Source of the DNA: a virus
Length of the DNA stretch: 64,000 nt
Reading direction: 5' to 3' (one strand)
Virus record (IMG/VR): IMGVR_UViG_3300022924_000018
Coordinates: 12,637 to 76,636 of that record
Each line of letters begins with the position of its first letter. Position 1 is the first letter of the stretch. This document shows positions 40,737-51,787 of the stretch, in pieces. The position numbers and the translations under genes are program-made. The notes below the pieces were generated by a model. That model was not told the DNA's origin, did no database searches, and worked only from the letters and a program-made list of their open reading frames with translations.

Positions 40737-42540
40737 ATGAACGAAGAAAACAAAATTCCACAACAAAGAAGTGTTGAAGAACAATTAGAAGATTTAAGGC
40801 AACAATTAGATTGGAGAAAAGAAGAAGAACGTAAAGAACTAAGAAAAATTAAAGCAGAAGCTTTTAGAATGGCTATTCAGATTAAACCAAATGGAAGTTT
40901 CTCTTCCTCAATAGGACAAACAGTAGAACCTAAGTACTCTACAGAAGATTTAATTAAATCAGCTAATAAAATTTACGAAGAGTTAATTAAATAACTAAAT
41001 TTGAAACACTTTAAAAACAAAAACAATTATGACAAAAAGATTTAAGAAACTCACAATTACCCAAAAGCGCAAAAAGCCTTTCATTAAGGTAAGCTATGAT
41101 GATGTAGACGTAACAAAAGACCTTCAACAGTTCAATGTAAACTACGTTAAAACATCTAATCAACCGATGAGTAAGGCATTAACAGATGCAGTCGAGAACT
41201 TTGTTGTCCATTTACTTCACGCTAGTGAGATGATAGACGGCAAATTAGAGCTTGGAGAACACGAATTTGATAAATGGGTATCAGGACATAACTTCCAAGA
41301 CGATGAACGCTACAAACACGTTTATATTACCTCATTAGAGTTTAGTGGTAAAGAAGATTATGACGGAATAGTAATCAAAGGCTATAGAGAAACACAATTA
41401 ACAAGAAAAGCTAAGAAGATCAACTTTGAAACAGGCGTTATTGATTTAAACAAGGAATTAGAAAACCCTTATGCTTTATCAGGCAATCTTTGTGACTGTG
41501 TAGATGACTTAGTAACTCTTTTAACTAATTATTTGGAGAAAATGGAGACTACTCCTAGTAATCAACTTAGCATAGCAGTATAATGAAAGACATAATCGTA
41601 AAAGATACAATGGTTGGCAAAGATATTATTGTCACTTGTAATTCGTAAAATAATCAGAAAAACGTTGCATTCTACAGGGGAGACTGTTTGGAATGTTATC
41701 GGGCGGTAACCAATCCGTTTTATAAAGTCAATCTTAATCGGTTGGCTTTTTTTGTTTATCAGTAGTTCGGAAATACCGAATTACTTGCTATATTTGTTCA
41801 AGCGCAATGTAGCGCTATACATAAACACATACATATATGTTCATTTTAAGAAAAGTTGCCAACGGGCATGAGTCAAACACAATTGTAGGAGATTCTTATA
41901 ATTTCGTGTCAAAGGAAACAAATCCAGAAGAGTTCACTTTAGCATTTAAATCATGGCATGGGGCTATTTCAATCGCAGAAGAAGATAGCGAGACTTATGC
42001 TTTTTTAATTTACGAGTGTGGTCAGAAAAGTATGCCACTATTCAAAAATCAGTACAACTACATTATGACAAGCGATGGTAAAACATTTGCTAACATAACG
42101 CTTAGATAAGATACGGTTTAAACAGTCGTTCAAAAATTGAATCCTGCGGTCGAGACGATAGCAGGATTTTTTTATATATTTGAAGTGCCACAGGAAATAT
42201 CTCCTGATGAGTTAAAATAAATATTATGAAAAGTACAATCAGAGTCGATTACGATTTCGACGCAAACGAAACGTTTATTCAGTTAAACATTCCAACAAGC
42301 GAGCCTCACCACATGGTTGATGTAGACGTTAAGCTAGATTTAGCCGATAAGCACCTAAAGAACTTCATAGAGCAATCTTCTACTCGTGGGTTAGAGTTAG
42401 TATACCCTAATGATAATAATGACAACAGCACACCTCAAATTAGGTTAAAACAGTCAACTACGACAAATAACGTTAGATTAGGTTCTGAACAGCTTGACGA
42501 ATTGAGAGAAAAAGGAGAATTAACTTATACTCAAAAATAA
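40737..42540 (+). other. Hypothetical ORFs (40737-40994, 41029-41583, 41837-42109, 42226-42540), several with their own TAnnTTTG promoter and terminator
   Basis: -7 elements near 40996, 41789 and 42175; hairpins at 41724-41753 and 42140-42172. Confidence 0.55.
42140..42172 (+). terminator. Intrinsic terminator
   Basis: aatcctgc/gcaggatt stem plus T run. Confidence 0.7.
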
Positions 42541-42604
42541 TTAGCATATTTGCAATTCAAAAGGCACAACTCCTAGTGCCAATATATTTTGAGTTAATAA
42601 TCAT

Positions 42605-42640
42605 AAAGGATTTGAGTTTGGTAGCTTGAATCCTTTTTTT
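42605..42640 (+). terminator. Intrinsic terminator
   Basis: aaaggattt.../...aatccttt stem plus T8. Confidence 0.7.
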
Positions 42641-42710
42641 ATTTACACGCTTTTCTAACTATTTGAAAATAATTTCTTGTTTATTGAAAAATACTTTGTA
42701 CTATTGTGGT

Positions 42711-42887
42711 ATGGAAACAACAAAGAAAAAAATTAAAGTAGAAAACCTTATGACGGTTGAAGAGTTCGCCACATTTAAGGGAGTAACAGCAAGAACAGTT
42801 TACAATTGGATTGATGAAAAAATTGTAAAGACTGAAATGATGTTCGGTAAAAAATTAGTTGACAAAACTTCTTACTTAAAACCGTAG
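42711..42887 (+). CDS. Small HTH (excisionase/Cro-like) protein
   Basis: LMTVEEFATFKGVTARTVYNWI. Confidence 0.75.
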   Translation: METTKKKIKVENLMTVEEFATFKGVTARTVYNWIDEKIVKTEMMFGKKLVDKTSYLKP

Positions 42888-42938
42888 ATAGTTTTCGACG
42901 GCTCTAAACAATTCTAAAACACTGAAAAATTATTAAAA

Positions 42939-43211
42939 ATGAAATTAGACACAACATTCGACATTAGACAATCTGTATTTTTTATACACGACAATAAAGT
43001 AGAAGAAAGAACTATTGATGCAATATCAGTCCAAGTAAATTCTGAATTTAAGGATAGAAAATATAATAGTTATAAAATGGAAGAATATTACTTTTCAAAC
43101 GCATACGAAATAAGATTACCTCTTAAAGAGGAAGAAATAGGACATGCTATAATAAGAAAATATGCTAACCAAATATTTGCGACTAAGGATGAATTATTAA
43201 ACTCGCTTTAA
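42939..43211 (+). CDS. Hypothetical phage protein
   Basis: MK.DTTFDI...IFATKDELLNSL pattern. Confidence 0.6.
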   Translation: MKLDTTFDIRQSVFFIHDNKVEERTIDAISVQVNSEFKDRKYNSYKMEEYYFSNAYEIRLPLKEEEIGHAIIRKYANQIFATKDELLNSL

Positions 43212-43212
43212 T

Positions 43213-43878
43213 ATGGTTGGATTTATTAAGCTTCACAGAAAACTACAAGAGTGGGAGTGGTATAATAAATCTGAAATGGTTCATTTGTTTATTCATCTTT
43301 TAATAAATGCAAATAGCAAGGATAAAGGTTGGCAAAATATAATTGTAAAACGTGGACAAGTAGTAACTGGATTTAGTGCTTTAAGTGAAAAAACAGGCAT
43401 ATCAATCAGGACTTTAAGAACATGTTTTGAGCGTTTAAAATCGACAGGCGAACTGTCAGTCAAAACGACAAACAAATATAGTATCGTAACTATCTGTAAA
43501 TATGATGATTACAATGATAAAATTATTAAGACCGACAAGCAAATCGACAAGCAACCCGTCACTCCAACGACAACAACTAAGAAGTATAAGAATAAAGAAG
43601 ATAATATAAGTGAATATGATAAAGCATTAAATGACTTCTTAGATATGAGAGATAAAATAAAAAAACCTGTAAATACTGATAGGGCATTTAATGGGCTTGT
43701 TAAAAAACTAAACGAGTTAGCGCCAAATGATGAGGAATTGAAAATAAAAATCATAGACCAATCAATAGTGCATAATTACTTATCATTTTTTCCATTAAAA
43801 CAAGAGTTAGACTTATTTAAGAATAATGGATATAAAAGTAAAACAACAGAGGCATCAGTAGAAGATTTTAATTTTTAA
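43213..43878 (+). CDS. Phage replication initiator (lambda O / replisome organizer-like)
   Basis: GFIKLHRKLQEWEWY, HLFIHLLINAN, KRGQVVTG, HTH; internal repeats; helicase follows. Confidence 0.8.
   Translation: MVGFIKLHRKLQEWEWYNKSEMVHLFIHLLINANSKDKGWQNIIVKRGQVVTGFSALSEKTGISIRTLRTCFERLKSTGELSVKTTNKYSIVTICKYDDYNDKIIKTDKQIDKQPVTPTTTTKKYKNKEDNISEYDKALNDFLDMRDKIKKPVNTDRAFNGLVKKLNELAPNDEELKIKIIDQSIVHNYLSFFPLKQELDLFKNNGYKSKTTEASVEDFNF
43442..43577 (+). repeat. Iteron-like CGACA(A/G)-type repeats (probable origin)
   Basis: Copies at 43442, 43466, 43533, 43545, 43568, followed by an A-rich tract. Confidence 0.6.
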
Positions 43879-43880
43879 AT

Positions 43881-44888
43881 ATGAACAATATACTAGACCA
43901 TACAGAAAAAGTAATGAACCATTACCATAGTGGTAAATTAAAAGGCGAACCAACAGGATTTAAATGCCTTGACGAATTAATAACGTTCAAACCTAAATAT
44001 ACAACCTATATACAAGGATTTCCTAAATGTGGTAAAACAGAAATGCATTTGGAGATTCTCTTTAATCTAACCCAAAAATCACATGCTAAACACGCTATAA
44101 TGAGTCCTGAAATTGGAGGAGTAGAAGATGTGATTGCAGAGTTAGTTTCGAAATACCTAAGAAGACCATTCTTTAAATCATCTTATAATGCCCCACAAGA
44201 GCGTGAAATATATCAAGCTATGAATCAACTATCTCAATACTTTTTCGTGCTTGATAACGACTCTAAAGACTATAATATAGATACTTTTTTTGAGGACTGT
44301 ATTAAAATAGAGAAAGACAACAAGGTAAAATTGTTCAGCACTTCTATAGACCCTTGGAATGATTTAGATGAGGACTTACAAAAATTTGGTGGAAGGGAAG
44401 ATAAATATTTAGCTCACGCATTAAGAAAAGTTCGTTCAACAGCTAAAAATAATAATTGGCATAATTTCATTGTTACACATAGCAAAGAGTCTACTGCTGT
44501 AGATTATAAGCATTATCAAGGAGGAAAAGTTACTTGTACGCCAATGCCGACATTACAAACATTTGCAGGAGGACAAGTTTGGAGTAGGAGAGCGTTTAAT
44601 GTTATAGGAATGTGGAGGCCAGAAGAAGGTGCTGTAAACCCAAAAACACACCAACCTTTTGAAGATAATGCTGCGGTTATAAAAATTCTAAAAGCAAAAC
44701 CAAAAGGAGTTGGAAAGTTGGGTAGTGCTTATTTATATTTTGATTGGAGAAAAAACAGATACTTCGAGAAGTATAACGATAAAAACTTATATGCTTACGA
44801 ACACATAAAAGAAGATGAAGAGTTGGCGAAAATAGAAAAAGAAAAGGGAGTTATTGATACATCACAAACACAACAAGCATTTTTCTAA
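43881..44888 (+). CDS. DnaB/T7 gp4-like (SF4) replicative helicase
   Basis: PTGFKCLD, Walker A GFPKCGKT, SPE, IDPWN, IVTH. Confidence 0.85.
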   Translation: MNNILDHTEKVMNHYHSGKLKGEPTGFKCLDELITFKPKYTTYIQGFPKCGKTEMHLEILFNLTQKSHAKHAIMSPEIGGVEDVIAELVSKYLRRPFFKSSYNAPQEREIYQAMNQLSQYFFVLDNDSKDYNIDTFFEDCIKIEKDNKVKLFSTSIDPWNDLDEDLQKFGGREDKYLAHALRKVRSTAKNNNWHNFIVTHSKESTAVDYKHYQGGKVTCTPMPTLQTFAGGQVWSRRAFNVIGMWRPEEGAVNPKTHQPFEDNAAVIKILKAKPKGVGKLGSAYLYFDWRKNRYFEKYNDKNLYAYEHIKEDEELAKIEKEKGVIDTSQTQQAFF

Positions 44889-45500
44889 TGACAGACTTGG
44901 AATATCACTATTTGCAAATATCAAACATACATGATAAGCATTATAAGAAAAATAGAGAACGGTTACAAAAAATAATGATTGCAAAGGGTGTAACTACTGA
45001 AATGTTAAGTGATTTATTATTATGGGAAAAAGAAAACAAGAGAACAGTTAAATCAAAGAGGCAATTAGATAGATTATTCTTATTAGAAGAGGCGTTGGAT
45101 GTGTTCGATGTTTGTGCTTCAACAGCAGACCAAACAGAGGTATTGTTAAACTTAAAAACTCAAGAAATAGAGAGTTTACTAAAAGCTAATGAAGAATTAA
45201 GGAAAGAACTAGAAACAACAAAACAATTTTATGAAAGCGAAAAGTCTATTTGACAGAAACAAATCCTATAACTATAATTCCTTTGAGGGTAAGAGTGGCA
45301 TTTGGAAACTAATAGGTATAGAAGCAGGTTCTACAATGGAAAACACTTTAGATACTTTTTCAAATGGCAAAGGCGATTACAAAACATTTAAAAGAGAATA
45401 TGTAATTGAACAGGCAGACTTAGGAAACATCAAACCAATAGAATCATCAGAGGTAAAACTTAATACAGAAACAAAGAAAAAACAAGGAAGAGCAATATGA
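44888..45500 (+). other. Two hypothetical ORFs (44888-45253, 45231-45500)
   Basis: Overlapping ORFs after the helicase. Confidence 0.55.
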
Positions 45501-45859
45501 AAATAGACAGGCAATTAGTTTTAAATAAATTTGACGGAAAATGCGCTTACTGCGGTTGTGATTTAGAGAAAGGATGGAACTTAGACCATAAAACTCCTCA
45601 ATGGCATTGTGAGGGTAAAAAACCATTAGCATCAATAGAGCAAGTACATTGTATGGAAAATTATATGCCTTCATGTAGAAGTTGTAATTTATTTAAGTCA
45701 GGTAATAGTATTGAAGGTTTTCGAAAACACATTGAATCACAAATAGAAACATTGAGAAGAGATAGACCTACATTTAGGGTTGCAGAAAGATTTGGACTTA
45801 TCGAATGCAAACCTAAGTCAGTAGAATTTTACTTTGAAATTTATGAAAGAAAACCCTAA
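45497..45859 (+). CDS. HNH endonuclease
   Basis: KFDGKCAYCG...LDH...NYMPSCRSCN. Confidence 0.9.
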   Translation: MKIDRQLVLNKFDGKCAYCGCDLEKGWNLDHKTPQWHCEGKKPLASIEQVHCMENYMPSCRSCNLFKSGNSIEGFRKHIESQIETLRRDRPTFRVAERFGLIECKPKSVEFYFEIYERKP

Positions 45860-45973
45860 AAACAGATCAATCCTTCTAAGACTATTTCGAATAGAGTGGT
45901 TAAAGAACAGAGATAAAGAAATGGAGATATTAGCAGTGAGAAAGACTAAAGTAGAACAGTTAAAATTAGAATT

Positions 45974-46696
45974 ATGAGTATATCAGTAGTTATTCCAATT
46001 AAGTCAGATACAAAGAACAATAATATAGAGCTTATTTACGCATTAAGAAGCCTTGAGAAGAACTTAAATGGTTTAGGAGACATATTTATCATCGGAAATA
46101 AAATAAACTCTCTAAAGGGCTTAAAATACATTGAATGCAAAGATGATAAAGGTAGTCAATTTAAAGAAAGAAATATATACCGCAAAATATTATCTGCCTG
46201 TAATGATGAAAGAGTATCAAATAACTTTATTTGTACCAACGACGACATATACTTAACCAAAGAATTTGATGCTAATTCACTTCCATTTTACCATAAGAGT
46301 GAATTAATTAACACAATGTCAAAGAATGCAGGAGATTATAGAAAATCTTTAAACCACACTCGGAAGCTTCTTATGAAAATGAAAAATACAACGTTAGATT
46401 ATGATACTCATTTCCCTATACTATACAACAAAGAACATTTTTGTACATTTGCTAGTGAAGAAACAAATTGGAATCAGCCATTCTCTTACGTAATAAAAAG
46501 TCTTTATTGTAACAGAAAAGGAGTTAAAGGCGAATATGGAGGTGATTGTAAGATACAAACCAAGATGACTTACGAAGAAATAGTTAATAAAATTGGAGAT
46601 AAATCATTCTTTAGCACATCAGACGGATGCATGAATGAGGATATGATAAAATACTTAAACGAACTTTACCCAACAAAATCGAAATATGAACGATAG
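45974..46696 (+). CDS. Glycosyltransferase-like (GT-A / Stealth-like) protein
   Basis: SVVIP, ELIYALRSLEKN, FICTNDDIYL. Confidence 0.6.
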   Translation: MSISVVIPIKSDTKNNNIELIYALRSLEKNLNGLGDIFIIGNKINSLKGLKYIECKDDKGSQFKERNIYRKILSACNDERVSNNFICTNDDIYLTKEFDANSLPFYHKSELINTMSKNAGDYRKSLNHTRKLLMKMKNTTLDYDTHFPILYNKEHFCTFASEETNWNQPFSYVIKSLYCNRKGVKGEYGGDCKIQTKMTYEEIVNKIGDKSFFSTSDGCMNEDMIKYLNELYPTKSKYER

Positions 46697-46964
46697 GAAA
46701 AAAGCAGTCAGTTATACTAGAGTAGAGGCAGGCACAATACAGCCCATTACATTTGATGTCTACGAAGATGAATTAAAAAACCATGTAGATGTGGTAAAAA
46801 AAGAAGTTTTCTGTAAAGCGCTTAAACAACGTATAAATACAAGGGTAATAAAATTTGGTAAAGTTTATGTTCATGCTTTATTTTTTGAAGATGGAAAGGT
46901 TTACGATGTAAGAGAGGGAGGTTTTAAATTAAGAGAACTACAGGGAGAAGCATTAAGATGGTAA
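46686..46964 (+). CDS. Hypothetical protein
   Basis: Overlaps both neighbours. Confidence 0.5.
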   Translation: MNDRKKAVSYTRVEAGTIQPITFDVYEDELKNHVDVVKKEVFCKALKQRINTRVIKFGKVYVHALFFEDGKVYDVREGGFKLRELQGEALRW

Positions 46965-47860
46965 ACACAAAAGAAATTCAAATGTTATCGAACTATGTTT
47001 TGATATTACCAGACCCGCAGCTAGAAACATATCAAATTAAGGGAGTAGATTTAGGGATTATTTCTCCCGATTTTAAATATGAAAATGGAGAGAAGGTATC
47101 GATAAAAGAAAGGAATCAAAGCGTATTTGGAACTGTTTATGGAGTGCCATCAAACCTTATATTCAACAAAAAGAAAATACTTAAACTAGCAAGCTCACAT
47201 ACGCTTTTCTACAGAGAAAACGAACATAATATCCCTGTCAATATAGGCATTCACAGAGTCATAGGAGAACTAACTAAAAACTCTGTACTTTACGATACCG
47301 ATATAGAAATAAGTGCAGGAGACAAGGTTAATTTCAGTTATACAGCACATAAAATAGCTAAAGACCAAAAGATGATATTCGATACTGAACTTGGAGAGAT
47401 GTATCTTATAAAATACGATATGCTATACATGACGGTAGATGAGAATTATAAACCTAAAAAAATGCTTAATGGATGGGTAATAGCAGAACCCGAAGTTATT
47501 GAAGTCAAGAAAGAAGATAATGGACAGGAATTTATCGAACATTCAAGCGGACTTGTTACTTTAGCACCTAAAAACAAAATAAAGAAGACTAGAAAGACCC
47601 AAAAAGGAATAGTTAAACTATTTGGAACAAGGAACAGGGATTATCTTCAAGAGGTCGAAAAGGAAGACTTCAAAGACAATATGGTAATAGGACAAAACAT
47701 AGTGTATGACCCAAGAAGAAGTCAAAAGCTAGAATACGAAACACATCAGATTATGAGTGATAAAACATTACACTTAATTCAACGAAAAGATATTTTATTT
47801 TTAGACGGAATGTTTGGATTGGAGATAGATAAAATGGTAAAGGAGGAACAGAATGTATGA
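46958..47860 (+). CDS. Tandem GroES-like co-chaperonin
   Basis: Two repeats: MLSNYVLILP..GTV..ISAGDKVNF and MLNGWVIAEP..SGLV..GIV..IQRKDIL. Confidence 0.6.
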   Translation: MVNTKEIQMLSNYVLILPDPQLETYQIKGVDLGIISPDFKYENGEKVSIKERNQSVFGTVYGVPSNLIFNKKKILKLASSHTLFYRENEHNIPVNIGIHRVIGELTKNSVLYDTDIEISAGDKVNFSYTAHKIAKDQKMIFDTELGEMYLIKYDMLYMTVDENYKPKKMLNGWVIAEPEVIEVKKEDNGQEFIEHSSGLVTLAPKNKIKKTRKTQKGIVKLFGTRNRDYLQEVEKEDFKDNMVIGQNIVYDPRRSQKLEYETHQIMSDKTLHLIQRKDILFLDGMFGLEIDKMVKEEQNV

Positions 47861-48452
47861 TTTAGATAGGGTTTATATCAACTTCACTAAATGTCCAAAA
47901 GGAACTAAGCTTACTGATTTCCATACTGAATTGGCAGCTTTCAGCGAGTTTACGTCTACAAAGAATGAGAATATAATAAAAGTTGCAATATTAACAGCAG
48001 ATATGGAGAGTCCTTTTTTAAAGATTAAGGACAGGAAAACTATGATAAGAACCATTTTCGAGTTTCTTGGACTTAGTTTAGAAGGTAAACCCACCAAACA
48101 ACTGTATAACGATATTGTAGAATACAAGGAAACACACTATTTAGACTGCTTTGGGAGATATTTAATGATTCTACATGATATAGATTGGACAGAATATCAA
48201 AGTACAAAGCAGACCCACGATGTTTTAACGATGGACAGTATGCGACCTCGTGAAAAGGAAGAAAACATAGACGCATTCGTAAAACGAAGAGTTAATATAC
48301 AAACGCATTTAAAGAAGATTGGGGATGACTTAAAGAAGTTGGAGGCTAAGATATTCCCTGACAGTCGTTCGGCTCGTGAGGTAGCCTTAAATGAGGTTAG
48401 AAAGATAATTAGTTACCCAGAGAAATACGCGGTAGATAGGCAAGTAATATGA
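47853..48452 (+). CDS. Putative terminase small subunit or packaging-associated protein
   Basis: Helical 199-aa ORF overlapping the TerL start; position only. Confidence 0.4.
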   Translation: MYDLDRVYINFTKCPKGTKLTDFHTELAAFSEFTSTKNENIIKVAILTADMESPFLKIKDRKTMIRTIFEFLGLSLEGKPTKQLYNDIVEYKETHYLDCFGRYLMILHDIDWTEYQSTKQTHDVLTMDSMRPREKEENIDAFVKRRVNIQTHLKKIGDDLKKLEAKIFPDSRSAREVALNEVRKIISYPEKYAVDRQVI

Positions 48453-50614
48453 TAGATACTAAGAAATTAATAAAGCCCGATGGAACTGTAGATTTATTTG
48501 GTTTCCCTCACTATCAAATGAGATTTACTGAAAAATCTCCAATATACCCATTGTACGGGTACGAGGCAATACTTCCAGAACCGCCACCAGATAACGAAAT
48601 ACTTAATTATGATTTACCCATTGAGCAACAAATATTTAGGCACGTCCATATTCCAAAGGATTTAAGTAAATGGAAGGAAAAGGATAAGGACGAGTTTATT
48701 GATGGTGAATATAATAGAAGATTCAATGGTATTTGGATTTTTATAAAGGGGCAAAAGTATTACATAACAGGAGTATTCTATTTCTTTTTAAACTATTGGA
48801 CTTCTACATCAGCACCTAAAATTCTTTTTAGAAAGCTTGATCTAGATTTTTTCATTATGTGGTTTTTAGTAGTTTATGACCCTAAATGTTATGGATTGCT
48901 TATAGCGAAATGTCGTCAGGTCGGCGAGACTGAAAAATCAATATGCATCATTTATGAATTTTCTACACGTGTAAAGAAGGTTAAATGTCCAATGCAGTCT
49001 ATTAACGAGACTGATATATATGAAAATGCTTATAAGAGAATACTTCACGCTCATAATGAAATGGTATTCTATATGAGGGCTTCTAATAGGGGTAGTGTTG
49101 ACCCGAAAGATGGATTGTTTTTTGATTACCAAAGAGAAACCTTGTCTAAGGATAAGATGAAGAAAAACCAAGAGGAGCATGGAGCAGCGTCTATAATTAA
49201 CGAAGATTATGAATATGACCCTTTAGATAGCTCTATTGTTTATGGCGCTACCAAACCTCACGTGTTTGGTACAGGTACATTTGGACGTTATTATATGGAT
49301 GAATGGGGCAAGATGGAGCAGATGAATCCATTATACGCTTGGGGTGTTGTTAAGCAGGCTATGTATAACAAAATGACTAATGAGATATTAGGTAAGGCAT
49401 TGTTTACGTCAACTGTAGAAGAATTAAAAGGTGGAGAAACGCTTAGGATAGCTAAAATGATGTGGAATCAAAGTGACCCTAATAACAGAAAGACAAATGG
49501 TGAAACATTAACAGGTCTTTATAGGATTTTCAGAGGTAGCTTAGACGCTGCTCCAATTGATGCTTGGGGTTTTCCTAAAATGGAAGAGGCAAAAGAAAGA
49601 AACAAGAGTGAGATTTCAATGCGTATAGCTCAAGGAGATATAAAGGGTAAAATTGAATATATGCGTATGAATGCTGAAACTATTGACGATGTATTCCAAA
49701 ACACAAACGAAGGAACTCAATTCGATTTAGAAAGATTAGCAAACAGACAGCATTATTTATTAAACACAGCGCCAAAATCATTATGCGTAAGAGGCAACTT
49801 AAAATGGAAAGATGATATAAGAGATACGGAAGTAATTTGGGAGCCTAACACAAAAGGAAAATGGATGATTTCAAAACACCCAAGCGATTTTGGATACGAA
49901 GCTAATGCCAAAGTAAGAGGGGTAATAGCTCCAAAGCCTGCAAATATTCAATTTTTCAAAGCAGGACTTGACCCTTATGACCAACAAACCACTAATGACC
50001 CTGAACCATCTTTAGGTGCAATAACCGTTAAGCGTGTTCTTGACGAATACATTGATGGTGCTGAAACTAACTACCATCAACAAAATGACCCTGATGGTAA
50101 GTATAGAATTGGCGACCCGATGGATTATGGATTTCACTTTCAGACGAACAGAATTGTTTGTGACTATCTATACAGAGAAAATGACCCTAATGACTTCTTT
50201 GAAGACGTTATATTGACAATGGTATATTACGGTACAGACTTTTTACCTGAAAAGGATAAGTTTGGTGCTTGCCATAGTTACTTAAAAACAAGAGGTTATG
50301 AATTATATTTAATGGAGAAACCTACTGATAGAAAAAACTCAAAAGGACAAATTGAAAGAGAAGGAGTTTCGGCAACCATTGGCAATATTGATAGTTATTT
50401 CAGCTTTCTAATGACATTAACTGCTAAATGGGCTAACACAATCGACCATCCGAGGGTTATTGAACAATTACTTAGTATGAACTGGCTTAATAGAGGTAAG
50501 CGTGATCTCGGAGTTTCAACAGGTTGGGCAGAGTTTGCTGCATCACAGCCTAAATCATCATTTAGAAAACAAATTCAAGAAGATATAAGACATTATGATG
50601 AATATGCAGTATAA
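48449..50614 (+). CDS. terL: Terminase large subunit (crAss-like)
   Basis: YITGVFYFFLNY, KCRQVG, Walker B YYMDEWGK, nuclease AGLDPYD, FFEDV...YYG. Confidence 0.9.
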   Translation: MIDTKKLIKPDGTVDLFGFPHYQMRFTEKSPIYPLYGYEAILPEPPPDNEILNYDLPIEQQIFRHVHIPKDLSKWKEKDKDEFIDGEYNRRFNGIWIFIKGQKYYITGVFYFFLNYWTSTSAPKILFRKLDLDFFIMWFLVVYDPKCYGLLIAKCRQVGETEKSICIIYEFSTRVKKVKCPMQSINETDIYENAYKRILHAHNEMVFYMRASNRGSVDPKDGLFFDYQRETLSKDKMKKNQEEHGAASIINEDYEYDPLDSSIVYGATKPHVFGTGTFGRYYMDEWGKMEQMNPLYAWGVVKQAMYNKMTNEILGKALFTSTVEELKGGETLRIAKMMWNQSDPNNRKTNGETLTGLYRIFRGSLDAAPIDAWGFPKMEEAKERNKSEISMRIAQGDIKGKIEYMRMNAETIDDVFQNTNEGTQFDLERLANRQHYLLNTAPKSLCVRGNLKWKDDIRDTEVIWEPNTKGKWMISKHPSDFGYEANAKVRGVIAPKPANIQFFKAGLDPYDQQTTNDPEPSLGAITVKRVLDEYIDGAETNYHQQNDPDGKYRIGDPMDYGFHFQTNRIVCDYLYRENDPNDFFEDVILTMVYYGTDFLPEKDKFGACHSYLKTRGYELYLMEKPTDRKNSKGQIEREGVSATIGNIDSYFSFLMTLTAKWANTIDHPRVIEQLLSMNWLNRGKRDLGVSTGWAEFAASQPKSSFRKQIQEDIRHYDEYAV

Positions 50615-51245
50615 AATATCAATCATTCACCCAAGTCGTAACAGACTTGAACAGGCAGAGGAAACCATCAAGCTTTGGTTAGATAACGCTAAAGACAAAA
50701 GTTCAATAGATTATACACTATCTGTTGACATAGATGATAAGTATTTAAAGCGATATAAGGCTTTATCAGACAAGTACGGCACTAACATTCATATAGCTAA
50801 AAATAATTCAGCTATAGAGGCTATAAACAGGGCTACAAGAAGGTCTAAAGGAAATATAATTATAGTGGTAAGTGATGACTTTAACTGTGAACCTAATTGG
50901 GATGAAAAACTTTCAAAGGAGTTAGAGGGAAAAGAAGACTTTATAGTCAAGACTCAAGACGGATTGCAGGAATGGATTATTACTTTACCGATAATGGATA
51001 GAAAGTATTATGAAAGGTTTGGTTATGTATATTACCCTAAGTACCAACATTTATTTTCTGATACTGAAATGACAAGTGTCGCTGATTTAACAGGCAGAAA
51101 GATAACCTCACAGTTATTCTTTGAACACAGGCATTATTCTACAGGAAAATCAGAGAAGGATGCGGTAAATACCAAGAACGATTCTACATGGAATCAAGGC
51201 AAAAAACTATACAATCAACGAAAAGCAATTAACTTCGGATTATGA
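50604..51245 (+). CDS. Glycosyltransferase, GT2-like
   Basis: ISIIHPSR, AIN, VSDDF. Confidence 0.8.
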   Translation: MQYKISIIHPSRNRLEQAEETIKLWLDNAKDKSSIDYTLSVDIDDKYLKRYKALSDKYGTNIHIAKNNSAIEAINRATRRSKGNIIIVVSDDFNCEPNWDEKLSKELEGKEDFIVKTQDGLQEWIITLPIMDRKYYERFGYVYYPKYQHLFSDTEMTSVADLTGRKITSQLFFEHRHYSTGKSEKDAVNTKNDSTWNQGKKLYNQRKAINFGL

Positions 51246-51787
51246 TACTAAGCATACTCATAGCTACAATGCCTAAAAGAAAATGGAAGTTTAATAGACT
51301 TCTAAATTCTTTAGACTCTCAATTACCAATGAATGGAAGTGTAGAAATACTGTGGAATGATTCAATGGAATATAATATTGGAATTAAGCGACAAGAACTT
51401 CTTGAGAGAGCATTAGGTGAATACATAGTCTATTGTGACGACGACGATCGTGTTTCAGATGATTACGTTAAAAAAATACTTGAAGCAACTAAGACAAGTC
51501 CTGATTGCATAGGTATTAGTGGAATAATAACAACGAACGGATTAAAGCCTAAACAATGGCATATTTCAAAAGATTTTGGCAGTTGGTTTGAAAAGAATGA
51601 AATCTACTACAGAACTCCTAATCACATTAGTCCTGTAAAGCGTGAAATAGCTTTAAAAGCAGGGTTTCCCGCTATTAAAACAAGTGAGGATGCAGAATAT
51701 TCTAAAAGAATATTACCCATGCTTAAAACAGAGGAAATAGTACAAGGAAACATATATTTTTACTTATACCGAAATAAAAACAAATGA
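51242..51787 (+). CDS. Glycosyltransferase, GT2-like
   Basis: LSILIATM, GEYIVYCDDDD, SEDAEY. Confidence 0.85.
   Translation: MILSILIATMPKRKWKFNRLLNSLDSQLPMNGSVEILWNDSMEYNIGIKRQELLERALGEYIVYCDDDDRVSDDYVKKILEATKTSPDCIGISGIITTNGLKPKQWHISKDFGSWFEKNEIYYRTPNHISPVKREIALKAGFPAIKTSEDAEYSKRILPMLKTEEIVQGNIYFYLYRNKNK

Noticed and set aside
48900-48935. Inactive TerL because of the atypical Walker A (KCRQVGET)
   Set aside because: Terminase Walker A motifs are often deviant; Walker B and nuclease residues are intact
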